Source of the DNA: a virus
Reading direction: 5' to 3' (one strand)
Length of the DNA: 64,000 bases
IMG/VR virus record: IMGVR_UViG_3300025141_012845
Location: 1-64,000 of that record
Both the position numbers and the translations under genes were made by a program. Within the stretch, counting starts at the first letter, position 1; every line of letters begins with the position of its first letter. This document shows, in pieces, positions 47,930 to 57,118 of this stretch. A model generated the notes under the pieces. The model was given only the letters and a program-made list of their open reading frames with translations. It was not told the DNA's origin and did no database searches.

Positions 47930-48192
47930 CAGTCAGTTTCTAATGCCTGTTCTAAAACATCGGCGTCGTCGTGATCCAGTTTAACTGTTGGTGGATTTAA
48001 AACAACCAAATCGCCCTGATTGTCTACAAATTTAAAACCTTTCAAAACAGGTACAATATCACTCTGCTCTAAAAGAGATTTTTGCAGTGCCATCATGACG
48101 GCTCCTAAAGCCTGATCAGAAAGGTGCATCTCCTTTAACTGTTCTTTTTTTTCCTCACCAATGTTTAAAACATTAAATTCTTCGTTACTCAT
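47929..48192 (-). CDS. Hypothetical protein (87 aa)
   Basis: SD GGAG; translationally coupled to its neighbours. Confidence 0.75.
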   Translation of the reverse strand: MSNEEFNVLNIGEEKKEQLKEMHLSDQALGAVMMALQKSLLEQSDIVPVLKGFKFVDNQGDLVVLNPPTVKLDHDDADVLEQALETD

Positions 48193-48193
48193 T

Positions 48194-48565
48194 TTAATCT
48201 CCTTTTATAACTCTATAAGAATCGCTATCGTAATGCTCCGTAGAAAACTCAAACAATTCTGAATCTTCCAATGCGAGCATCTGATGTCGTAGACCCGGAT
48301 AGATATAAAAATTCTGCCCAGGTTCTAAAATAATTTCTTCTGCCAAATCTATGTCATCATAGTTTGAATACTTTACCAAAAGTTTACCAGACTGTAGATA
48401 GAACACTTCGTCCTTTATCTTATGATGATGCCAAGAGCATTTCTTGCCCTTTTCAAAGAACAAGAGTTTGCCGCAATATTCTTCCTTGTTGACAATCCAT
48501 AATTCATGCCCCCACCCTTTTTTAACAAATTTCATTTCCGGTGTCTTATTTGCTGAAGAAGTCAT
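48194..48565 (-). CDS. Cupin, sugar-phosphate isomerase-like (mannose-6-P isomerase / D-lyxose isomerase type)
   Basis: VKKGWGHE, CSWHHH..KDEVFY, HQM, EFST; the start may instead be ATG 48535. Confidence 0.8.
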   Translation of the reverse strand: MTSSANKTPEMKFVKKGWGHELWIVNKEEYCGKLLFFEKGKKCSWHHHKIKDEVFYLQSGKLLVKYSNYDDIDLAEEIILEPGQNFYIYPGLRHQMLALEDSELFEFSTEHYDSDSYRVIKGD

Positions 48566-48875
48566 CGGCGTTAACCCCCTTATCGTCTATAAAATAGTCT
48601 GATTCTACTTTGCCAAGATGTAGTTCATGAAACTTAACGCCCCATTCTTTTAACTGATTATATGTAAGTGTATAGAACAATGCATACGCAGCTTCTCTAT
48701 TGTTGTTGGTTCGGCCCATTCCTCTAGCAGTTAAAAATTTAATATGGTGTCCTTGTTCATATAGTTTATTGACCTCATCAATCCTATCTCGAATCGGTTC
48801 GGAGCCGGTATAATCATCACTTGACGATTCTCCAGATGTACAAATCGTACCATCTATATCAAACACATATATCAC
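48546..48875 (-). CDS. Minimal HAD phosphatase (capsule-biosynthesis phosphatase type)
   Basis: FDIDGT, TARG, K, IDDK. Confidence 0.85.
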   Translation of the reverse strand: MIYVFDIDGTICTSGESSSDDYTGSEPIRDRIDEVNKLYEQGHHIKFLTARGMGRTNNNREAAYALFYTLTYNQLKEWGVKFHELHLGKVESDYFIDDKGVNADDFFSK

Positions 48876-49264
48876 TTGTTATTCTCCAATATCTTTGTAG
48901 TTGAATACTCATCTATTCTATCAAAAAAAAGAACTTCTCCAGCATGTTCGGACCCAACAACCTTCTTGCCTCTCCAGTCGGAACCTACAATCATTATATC
49001 AGGAAAGTTATCTTTTATTAAGTTTTCTAATTGTTCTGCTGAATTAAACACTAAAACTTCGTCAACATATTTAATAGACTCTAAAATAAACTTTCTGTCT
49101 TCAGATCTATTAAACGGTCTTGATTCTCCCTTATCTTTTTTTACCTTACTATCGGAGTCGATCCCTATAACTAGTCTATCTCCCAATGATTTTGCATACT
49201 TAAATAATTCAATGTGTCCTCTATGTAAGATGTCAAAACATCCATTTGTCCAAATCGTTTTCAT
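48872..49264 (-). CDS. Heptose-1-phosphate nucleotidyltransferase-like (RfaE/HldE domain II)
   Basis: TNGCFDILHRGH, DSDSKV..KG..RP, GSDW, YSTT. Confidence 0.88.
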   Translation of the reverse strand: MKTIWTNGCFDILHRGHIELFKYAKSLGDRLVIGIDSDSKVKKDKGESRPFNRSEDRKFILESIKYVDEVLVFNSAEQLENLIKDNFPDIMIVGSDWRGKKVVGSEHAGEVLFFDRIDEYSTTKILENNK

Positions 49265-49992
49265 GTTGTACCAACTCCTCTTTTCTGAACAACAACACTA
49301 GCACACTGATTTGCGAACTCAATTGATTTTTCTATATCTCCAGTTTCAGTATATTTCACAGACAATGCTGAAACAAAGGTGTCCCCTGCTCCCGATGTGT
49401 CTTTAACCTCAACTTCTGAAACTGGGTATAGAACCTCATTGTACCGACAGCCCTTTGGACCCAAAGTTACAATTAGTTTTTTTATCATCTCCTCGCTGAG
49501 ACTGTCTTTTGTTCTTCTATATTCCTCTTCGTTTATCTTTATAAACCTTGCCTTTTCGCACCATGCGCCCAATCTTTTCTTGGTATCGAGAAACACTACA
49601 TCATGCTTACTTGTCACATACTCTATATCATCCTCAGATAAGAACCCCTTATTATAATCAGATATTACAACAGAATCGTACTTGCTAAACTTTATTAATT
49701 TAAGTTTTGAGCGCCCATACGATTCGTCTCCCTGATCAAGCCTCATAAACATGTGGTTTGACCTTAAATCGATAAATCTTGTTTTAGTTATATTCTGCCA
49801 ATTACTGTTTGTGTGTATGTTAGCATCAGCACCAAGCGCTTGAATGTTTCTTTGAACATTCATTGCCATTCCTGGATTCTCAACTGTACGAACTGGATTG
49901 AAAACAGGGACTGGTGCTTCTGGACAGAGCCTGGTGCAGCGACCATAATTAAACACGTCTTTACAACTTTCCCCTATTACAAGAATTTTCAT
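49261..49992 (-). CDS. Heptose-7-phosphate kinase-like, PfkB family (RfaE/HldE domain I)
   Basis: RLCPEAPVPV, ITKTR, SDYNKG, DTSGAGDTF. Confidence 0.88.
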   Translation of the reverse strand: MKILVIGESCKDVFNYGRCTRLCPEAPVPVFNPVRTVENPGMAMNVQRNIQALGADANIHTNSNWQNITKTRFIDLRSNHMFMRLDQGDESYGRSKLKLIKFSKYDSVVISDYNKGFLSEDDIEYVTSKHDVVFLDTKKRLGAWCEKARFIKINEEEYRRTKDSLSEEMIKKLIVTLGPKGCRYNEVLYPVSEVEVKDTSGAGDTFVSALSVKYTETGDIEKSIEFANQCASVVVQKRGVGTT

Positions 49993-49998
49993 TGCTGT

Positions 49999-51156
49999 TT
50001 AGCCTCTAACAATCTGGCAAATGTGCTCAATCTCACTCTCTGTTAGTTCTGGATAGTTTGGAAGGAAGAACCCGTTTCTATGGATTCTATTGCTAACTTC
50101 GTCTTCAAACTTGCCATATTCTTCGTACCAAAATGGATGTTGACCCAAATTACCTGCACTGAAGATTCTGGTTTCGACTCCGTTATCTACCAGCCTTGAT
50201 ACAATATCTTTTCGATGCTCTCCGCTTTCTGCTAGAGCCCCAAATGATATGGAAACAGGCTTGTGATCATACCAGTTCTGGTATTGGACATATCCTTCTA
50301 GATTCTTTGCATACGCAACGTGGTTCTCATATCTACGTGTTGCTGCCCAATTTGCTTTGGCTACCTGTCTGATTCCTATAAATGACTGCAGATCTGTTGC
50401 TCTTAGATTCAAGCCTGTAGTAAAGAATGTAAACGGCTTATGAAAATCATCTACTTCATATTTGTTCATAAGTCGATTATACTCGCTTTCTTCCAAATCC
50501 TTTCCCCAGCCATGGCTTCGCAACATCATGAGCATTTGATAAATTTCAAAGTCGTCCGTATTAACCATTCCCCCTTCAATGGTGGATAATTGGTGTCCAA
50601 AATAAAAAGAAAATGAAGACATATTACCAACTGTACCAACTTTTGCACCATCAGAATACTCGGCTCCCAATGCTGCACATCCATCCTCTAAGAGATAAAA
50701 GCCATACTTTTCTTGAAGCTCAAGCATTCGTTCTCTATAATGTGGCACGCCTAAAACCTGAACAAAGATTACTGCTGCAGGATTCTCCTTTTCACAAACT
50801 CTTTCTAGTTGATCTAAATCCATGCCGAATGTTTCTTTATCTGCTCCGACCATTATTGGTTGAAGTCCAAATTGCATTACTGGAGCAACAGTTGTTACCC
50901 ACCCAACCGATGGCACAACAACCTTATCATTCTTAAGTTTGCCAGCCTTTAACGCTGCGTAAACCATTAGGAGATTGGCGGAAGATCCAGAGTTACAGAA
51001 AACTGAATACTTTGTTCCGATGTAGTCTGCCCATTTTCTCTCAAACTGTTCCGTTAAGTTTCCTTTCGTCAATCTCGGATAACTTTTAAGCCAATTACAA
51101 AGGGCATCTATGTCATCTTCATTAATAGTTTCTTTCGCTAGTGGGTATTTTATCAT
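49999..51156 (-). CDS. PLP-dependent DegT/DnrJ-family enzyme, ColD-type NDP-4-keto-6-deoxyhexose 3-dehydratase
   Basis: NSGSSANLL, EDGC, RSHGW; SFSFYFGHQLSTIEGG has His at the Schiff-base Lys position. Confidence 0.8.
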   Translation of the reverse strand: MIKYPLAKETINEDDIDALCNWLKSYPRLTKGNLTEQFERKWADYIGTKYSVFCNSGSSANLLMVYAALKAGKLKNDKVVVPSVGWVTTVAPVMQFGLQPIMVGADKETFGMDLDQLERVCEKENPAAVIFVQVLGVPHYRERMLELQEKYGFYLLEDGCAALGAEYSDGAKVGTVGNMSSFSFYFGHQLSTIEGGMVNTDDFEIYQMLMMLRSHGWGKDLEESEYNRLMNKYEVDDFHKPFTFFTTGLNLRATDLQSFIGIRQVAKANWAATRRYENHVAYAKNLEGYVQYQNWYDHKPVSISFGALAESGEHRKDIVSRLVDNGVETRIFSAGNLGQHPFWYEEYGKFEDEVSNRIHRNGFFLPNYPELTESEIEHICQIVRG

Positions 51157-51179
51157 TTTATTTTTCCATTGGTTTAGTT

Positions 51180-52130
51180 TTATAGATTCTCAACAATCTT
51201 AATCGGTGCTCTTTCATAAAATTTCATGTTTTCTAGTTTTGGATTTGAATATCTAATCATTGATTCCTCTAGTGTTTCCTCTATAAGAAGAAACAATGAC
51301 TTTCCCAATTCGCGATACACTTCCTTGTCCAAATATTCATAACGATAGTTTTCTAAATGTTTCTTTTCTCTCTTTGAGGCATCATGGAAAAGTGATTTTT
51401 CATTATCCACTATGATTCCAAAGTCAATAGAAACTCTCACTCCTCCATCGTTTAAAACAGTTCTGTGTACACAAGCTTGATCGAACACACTAAGATACCC
51501 CATTCTAGCATATCCTATGAGTTTTTTATCCTTAAATTTTTTTAATCCGTCATCATAGTTCTTTAATGGCAAAAAGAAGTCATCGGTCAAACCTTGTGGC
51601 TCAAAAAATTCCACCGTTGTTGTGGGGTCTCCTGTCAGTGGAACTGCGATTATAGCGTCTCCAACATGAGAGGCCCATGCATCAGAATGTAGTTTAGTGG
51701 TAGCAAGAGGGCGATTATGATCTACGCTGTTCTTTGCTCCGGAAACCACCCTTATTGTGCAAGGTTGCAACGCAAGACAACTATCTAAAATTCCTGATTG
51801 TTGGAGTGCTTCAACAACGCTTTTTTGTAAAGCATTGTATTCTACAATATTGTCCCTTTTCGGGTGAAAAGCCCCATTTTTTGTCCTATTAGGCAAATTC
51901 AATATTTCTTCTTTATACCTGTCTAAAAAGTCATCGCAAAGGACAAATTCTTCCTCATAAAAACAACTCAAAGTTTTAAAAACATAATCAATTACACGAT
52001 CAACCATGTTTTTATATAAACTGGTGGGCAACTTCGTATCAAAGTATATTCCATAGTCCCTATCAGTCTGAGACACAGATCTCATTTCACTATACAGGTC
52101 TGATCTTCCTTTTACGACATCATCTGCCAT
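51180..52130 (-). CDS. Putative 2OG-Fe(II) oxygenase-like protein
   Basis: HxD (LHSDAW) ... H (CVHRT) ... RVSIDF pattern. Confidence 0.55.
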   Translation of the reverse strand: MADDVVKGRSDLYSEMRSVSQTDRDYGIYFDTKLPTSLYKNMVDRVIDYVFKTLSCFYEEEFVLCDDFLDRYKEEILNLPNRTKNGAFHPKRDNIVEYNALQKSVVEALQQSGILDSCLALQPCTIRVVSGAKNSVDHNRPLATTKLHSDAWASHVGDAIIAVPLTGDPTTTVEFFEPQGLTDDFFLPLKNYDDGLKKFKDKKLIGYARMGYLSVFDQACVHRTVLNDGGVRVSIDFGIIVDNEKSLFHDASKREKKHLENYRYEYLDKEVYRELGKSLFLLIEETLEESMIRYSNPKLENMKFYERAPIKIVENL

Positions 52131-52659
52131 TTTCGAACACCGTCTCTCTCATTGTCTTACCATTTTCATCTCTTTCTGATAAAGTGGGGTTCATAGTCGG
52201 CCAATGAATGTTTAAATCCGGATCGCTCCACCTTACAGTGATTTGATCATCTGGCCCGCTATACTTTTTAGACCATTTGTAGAAAAATACGCATTTTTCG
52301 GTTAAACAAACGTGGCCGTTCAAACACCCTGGTGGAACTAGAATCATTGTTGGTTTCTTTTCTGTAAGATGAAAAGTCTTGACTGACTTGAATGTTTGTG
52401 AGTCTTTCCTTACATCAACAACTGCTAAAAATATTTCTCCATGCATACAACAAATCAATTTATAAGTATCGTAATCACCATGAAGACCTCTTAACACATT
52501 TTTTCTAGAAACAGTAACTTTATCCTCAACAAACTTCGGAAATATCTCACAATCCTCATAGATCGACCAAATTTCACCTCTTTTATCTAGGAAAGGGTCT
52601 AGTTGTATTTCTATCAAACCATCGATGTCATGACTTTTAAGGTCTTTTACATATTTCAT
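52120..52659 (-). CDS. rmlC: dTDP-4-dehydrorhamnose 3,5-epimerase family
   Basis: DKRG, SRKNVLRGLH, VDVRKDS, VPPGCLNGH, WSDPDLNIHWP, LSERD; start set at ATG 52659 (ATGA overlap). Confidence 0.88.
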   Translation of the reverse strand: MKYVKDLKSHDIDGLIEIQLDPFLDKRGEIWSIYEDCEIFPKFVEDKVTVSRKNVLRGLHGDYDTYKLICCMHGEIFLAVVDVRKDSQTFKSVKTFHLTEKKPTMILVPPGCLNGHVCLTEKCVFFYKWSKKYSGPDDQITVRWSDPDLNIHWPTMNPTLSERDENGKTMRETVFENGR

Positions 52660-53612
52660 GGAATAAATTTGCACCGCATTTCGTCGTAATCTAACTCTTC
52701 CTTTGATAAGAAGAGGTATTTGTTGACTACACTTGTCAATCTATCTGGATCTTTAATGTACCCATCTTCATCATATGCCTCTGGATTGTGCTGCATAATG
52801 TTGTTACATTCCTCGTAGCCTAATCCGGCTTCATAAGCCTCCTTGTCATTTACAAACTCCGTCGCATCCCTATCATATAGAAGATTGTTCCACATGTTTG
52901 AGTGCTTTTCAGAGACGAAAGAGGCACACGCTGATGCACCGTCAAGGCTATGCAAATGTCTAACCTGTAGATCTTTCATTATCACCCATTTTTGTTTAAC
53001 GGAAGCAGCCACATAATTAAAGGTCGATTCACTACAAAATGCCGCAAATATATCAGGATGTATTTTGTTATATTTTTTATAGATCTCGTTACTAAAAAGG
53101 TGTACATGTTGATTTATTGATTTTCCAATTGGTACTACATAATCCTCATCTTTTACTTGAATTTCTGGAGTTTGATAAACAAACTTATCAGGATCAAGAA
53201 CGTGTAATGCTTCGTCCGTGTCTGTTTGAACTGCCACAATGCCATATGGACCTGACTTGAAACACTCGTATACAGAGCTTATCACATTAGTCTGATCCTC
53301 AAAACTGCACCCTGAATCAACATATAGATACCCTTCAAACTCTCCAAAATGCTTAACGCTTTCCTGTATTGCTTTGTTAAACGTGATGTTTACGGTATGT
53401 GGATCTGTGTGATAGCAGTATGAAATCTTATCTTTAAAAGTAGAATATACCTCTTTAAAACACTCTGGGCTGTTCAAACAGGAGGAGAATACGACTCTGT
53501 AGCCTTCAAAGTCTTGATTTAACAAACTGTTTATGGATTCTATGTACCAATCCGTATTGTCTCTCTTTATCCCACATGTATTATATACTACTAACATTTT
53601 TCTGTTTTCCAA
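52656..53612 (-). CDS. Putative GT-A-fold glycosyltransferase
   Basis: SINSLLNQ, TFNKAI and YLYVDSG resemble GT2 N-terminal elements; cluster context. Confidence 0.5.
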   Translation of the reverse strand: MENRKMLVVYNTCGIKRDNTDWYIESINSLLNQDFEGYRVVFSSCLNSPECFKEVYSTFKDKISYCYHTDPHTVNITFNKAIQESVKHFGEFEGYLYVDSGCSFEDQTNVISSVYECFKSGPYGIVAVQTDTDEALHVLDPDKFVYQTPEIQVKDEDYVVPIGKSINQHVHLFSNEIYKKYNKIHPDIFAAFCSESTFNYVAASVKQKWVIMKDLQVRHLHSLDGASACASFVSEKHSNMWNNLLYDRDATEFVNDKEAYEAGLGYEECNNIMQHNPEAYDEDGYIKDPDRLTSVVNKYLFLSKEELDYDEMRCKFIP

Positions 53613-53613
53613 T

Positions 53614-54126
53614 TTATTCTCCTATGTTTAGAGATAAGATTATCTCTTTTATTATTTTTGCTTGGATTAACTCACCTTTCAATCTGAAAGATTTTATTAT
53701 ACCATTATAGCTTACTTTGTCGATAATTTTAATAGCCGCATCATTAATTGTCATTAATTCCATTTCTCCGTAAGCCTCTACAGAATCTTCTTTAAATTTT
53801 TGAAGGATGCCCTTGCCTATTAGAGTTGGCAGTCTCACAACTACTCCCTTCTCGCAATGGCTAAGAAGGTATGCCTCAGCGATTTGTTTACAGTAATTGT
53901 ACCAGTTTTCTTTTTCAGAATATGTTGAAACAAAGATTATTTTTTTCTCTGCGTGTTCATCAACAAACTCAGCAAACTTCTCACACTCTATCTGTTGTGT
54001 TCTCTGATCCTTATCGTCAATATTCCAAGTGTGGTATATATAAGTTTCCTCCAAAGGGTCTACACTTTCTAATAAATCTCTAAGTGCGTTTCCTAACTGG
54101 CCTCGCCCGTTTATCAGTTTAAGCAC
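53614..54126 (-). CDS. Short SDR / RmlD-like NAD(P)-dependent reductase or epimerase (170 aa)
   Basis: NGRGQLG, FVST, YNYCK (YxxxK), VRLP. Confidence 0.65.
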   Translation of the reverse strand: MLKLINGRGQLGNALRDLLESVDPLEETYIYHTWNIDDKDQRTQQIECEKFAEFVDEHAEKKIIFVSTYSEKENWYNYCKQIAEAYLLSHCEKGVVVRLPTLIGKGILQKFKEDSVEAYGEMELMTINDAAIKIIDKVSYNGIIKSFRLKGELIQAKIIKEIILSLNIGE

Positions 54127-55346
54127 TAGACGAACTCCGGATGCTTTAATAACCTCTTTATATTTTGTTGTTGACCCAGAAGTTCTTTTTTAAAATCATC
54201 CACATTGTCCTTTGAACTTTCATACTGATTGTATAACTCCCAGCACATTTTATTGCTTTCGTGTGGTTTGCACAACTCTGTACATTTTGAAAACTTCTCA
54301 ACATTATCAATAACATTCATAACCGACCTTCTCTTCTCGACATTATTCCAAATATCTTTAAAAGAACTCTCCTTGAGGTCTCCGTAACTATATTGTTTAT
54401 AACCTCTATGATTGGTACAGACATAGACATGCCCGTCGGCACCAATACACGGTTGTATTTGAGACCCTAAACACTTCTTATAACTCCTGCCATAAAGGGC
54501 TGGATCATTTTCCAAATCCTGTAGTTTATACCCGTTAATCTGATACTTATCTCCAAGAATATTCTTTGCCTCAGCAAGCAGTGGTTCAACTTTATCGTTC
54601 CAGAACTTAATTTTGCGCTGAACGCCTGATTCTCGTTCTCTATTTACAATTTCTGGCTTGTATTGACAATAATCTACATCAAACTTAGAAAAGAACTTTG
54701 CAAAGTCAACTATCTCATGATATGTGTCAGGAGTTATAACAAAACCAACTCCAATGTTTATTTTCTTATCTTTTTGGTTATTTACTTCTACTAGTTTGGT
54801 CAAGTTTAAGGCCATTTTATCCCATGTTTGCCCCTTCTTAGCCCGTCTAACGTTGTTGTACGTTTCCGGCGTTCCTGCGTCCACTGAGAACCTTACCCAC
54901 GTCATATTATCAACTAATGTATCGAACAAGTCCCATTTGTCAAGAAGAGTCCCGTTTGTGAACATTCCCATTTTAATTGAGTTCTCTCCCAAATACTGAA
55001 TTGCCTCTTTTAAATGTGGATTCAATGTTGGTTCTCCGCCGCCTGTCCAATTTACGGCACGAACATCCATATCAACAAAATCCCTGCAAACACTCATAAG
55101 CATGTCCTTATTCATGATTGAACGGTCAAAGGTCTCAAGGTTCTTTGATTCTGGTAAGTGAATATAAGACGATATGCAGAAATAGCACCCGTGATTACAT
55201 GCATTACTTGGATCAATCTCAACCAAGACAGGAGGAGATGTCCCCTTTTCAAAAAATTCAATCACCCTATCTGCATTAGCAACAACTTTTGCTTGAGGGT
55301 TGAAAATGTTGGTTCCTTTTGAAAGTATTTTATCGAGACTCTTCAT
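54126..55346 (-). CDS. Radical SAM protein with a C-terminal SPASM/Twitch domain
   Basis: CNHGCYFC, TGGGEP, TNG, RFSVDA, C..IGADGHVYVC..GDL..FKDIW..C. Confidence 0.9.
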   Translation of the reverse strand: MKSLDKILSKGTNIFNPQAKVVANADRVIEFFEKGTSPPVLVEIDPSNACNHGCYFCISSYIHLPESKNLETFDRSIMNKDMLMSVCRDFVDMDVRAVNWTGGGEPTLNPHLKEAIQYLGENSIKMGMFTNGTLLDKWDLFDTLVDNMTWVRFSVDAGTPETYNNVRRAKKGQTWDKMALNLTKLVEVNNQKDKKINIGVGFVITPDTYHEIVDFAKFFSKFDVDYCQYKPEIVNRERESGVQRKIKFWNDKVEPLLAEAKNILGDKYQINGYKLQDLENDPALYGRSYKKCLGSQIQPCIGADGHVYVCTNHRGYKQYSYGDLKESSFKDIWNNVEKRRSVMNVIDNVEKFSKCTELCKPHESNKMCWELYNQYESSKDNVDDFKKELLGQQQNIKRLLKHPEFV

Positions 55347-56262
55347 TTTTCTTCCCTAACCACTCTAAAAAGAATTTAGTGGGATCTTCAAAATATACAC
55401 GAATAACATCATCAAAGTATTTTTTTGCAGCGCTCGCCCTATTCTCTAATTCTTCCAAAGGTAAGTTATAGACTTCCTTAAGCTTCTCTGCGACCTTGTC
55501 AGGTGTCATTTCAATATCACAAATCCTAAAAACAAAACTAGTATCGTAATAATCTTCTCCTACAAGATAATAGTCCAAGTCAGAGATTAGAATAGGGACT
55601 CGATTATAATAACAACTTTCCAAAAGTCTTACACTATCAATGCCTGATCCTCTCGGGCACAGCGATAAGCCATTTGCAAGCATTGTATCAATATAGTCTT
55701 CTTGAACTTTAGATCCTATTTCGGAAGGCCCAGCCCATGTTCTATTTACGTGCATTTCTTTTTCTAATTCCGGAGATGTATGGAGTGCATACACCATGAT
55801 TGCTCTGCATCCATGATTCATATATCCTCTAAACCCGAATTTTTTATTATCAGGAAACTCAAACTCCTCACTTCTGTTATTGACAATATCTAACAATAAG
55901 TGAGAAAAAGTTGGTCTAGCGAATAGTTTTTGTATGTTCGAATAAAGTTTTACTGGCCCCATTGTTGTAATAATAGAATTATGCAGCCATCCTGGAATAG
56001 GCATCCCTCCTTCTCCTTCTACATCACATATGTGCTTGTCTTCATTTCCTTCAAAGTACTTAAAAGTCTTAGAAGTATAGCGATTAAAGTGGTCATTAGG
56101 TATTTGACCCATGTAGAAGTAATCCGCTTCCTCTGGAGAGACTAACTCACAGTAGTCTTCGATACCTTTCTTGCTTAAAGGCACTGTATTGAAATATATC
56201 TCTGTGTCATCATGAACATGTTCACGAGCGTTCGGATAAACATATAGTTTTATTTTATTCAT
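55330..56262 (-). CDS. Exostosin-like (GT47) glycosyltransferase
   Basis: SPEEADYF, GFRG, LSLCPRGSGIDSVRLLESCYYNRVPILISD. Confidence 0.75.
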   Translation of the reverse strand: MNKIKLYVYPNAREHVHDDTEIYFNTVPLSKKGIEDYCELVSPEEADYFYMGQIPNDHFNRYTSKTFKYFEGNEDKHICDVEGEGGMPIPGWLHNSIITTMGPVKLYSNIQKLFARPTFSHLLLDIVNNRSEEFEFPDNKKFGFRGYMNHGCRAIMVYALHTSPELEKEMHVNRTWAGPSEIGSKVQEDYIDTMLANGLSLCPRGSGIDSVRLLESCYYNRVPILISDLDYYLVGEDYYDTSFVFRICDIEMTPDKVAEKLKEVYNLPLEELENRASAAKKYFDDVIRVYFEDPTKFFLEWLGKKNEESR

Positions 56263-56275
56263 GTGTGTTCCTCTT

Positions 56276-57118
56276 TTAAAAATTTATTTTTGGTTCTTTG
56301 TCCGGAAAAGACATTTTGTTTAGATTAACATCTTTTACTCTTTTCTTTAAGTCCTCGTAAGATATATCGTATTCTAAATCAAGATTGTTGGCGCATGCTG
56401 ATAAAAGAGCGCAGTAAACTTTATAATCGTAATCTTCATTGCTTAATTCACCCTCAAAAGGTGGGAAGGCTGTTATGCCGCAGTTTGTAAGTTCTTTGAT
56501 TTTTTCACACCCTTTTAGCCAAAAATAAAACGCCATATAGTGATCGATATATCTTGCCTTAAAGACAGAAGGGTATATAACACCACCTAATTTATCTTCT
56601 ATAAAATTGCGAGTTATAACTGGGAATCTCGCGCAAGCAACCTTAGTTATATCACTAAATCTAGAATAAAAATTAGTATAATTCTTATCTGGTTGAAAGT
56701 TTAGCGGAATATTAAACAATTTAGTTGCTAAAGATTCCACCCTTTGCCCGTCCTCCGTATATTGCTCTGGAATCATCAAGATAAAATCTCTTTCCTGTAC
56801 AATCATACGCAGAATGACATCATACTTAAATTGTTCCCCGTAAAGCATCCCGTCGGTGGCCGGATGAACAATTCTCCCCTTTGACATTTTATACATCTTG
56901 TTATAGCCAGCAACACTACCTACAGTCTCTTCTTCTTTAATCCACGTCACGCCTTCAATTTCAGGATCAAGTGGCGAATATACTAAAATCTCATAGGTAA
57001 ACTTTTTAGGGCCGCTATCCCATTTAATCTCCTGAATGGACTTTACTACTCTGTGGCAGAACTTTTCGTTTGGCCTTCTGTCATTTAAGGTAGGTAGTAA
57101 GAATGATACATCAACCAT
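56276..57118 (-). CDS. Divergent GT2-like glycosyltransferase
   Basis: VSFLLPT, YEILV, GYNKMYKMSKG, TDG, YID. Confidence 0.55.
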   Translation of the reverse strand: MVDVSFLLPTLNDRRPNEKFCHRVVKSIQEIKWDSGPKKFTYEILVYSPLDPEIEGVTWIKEEETVGSVAGYNKMYKMSKGRIVHPATDGMLYGEQFKYDVILRMIVQERDFILMIPEQYTEDGQRVESLATKLFNIPLNFQPDKNYTNFYSRFSDITKVACARFPVITRNFIEDKLGGVIYPSVFKARYIDHYMAFYFWLKGCEKIKELTNCGITAFPPFEGELSNEDYDYKVYCALLSACANNLDLEYDISYEDLKKRVKDVNLNKMSFPDKEPKINF

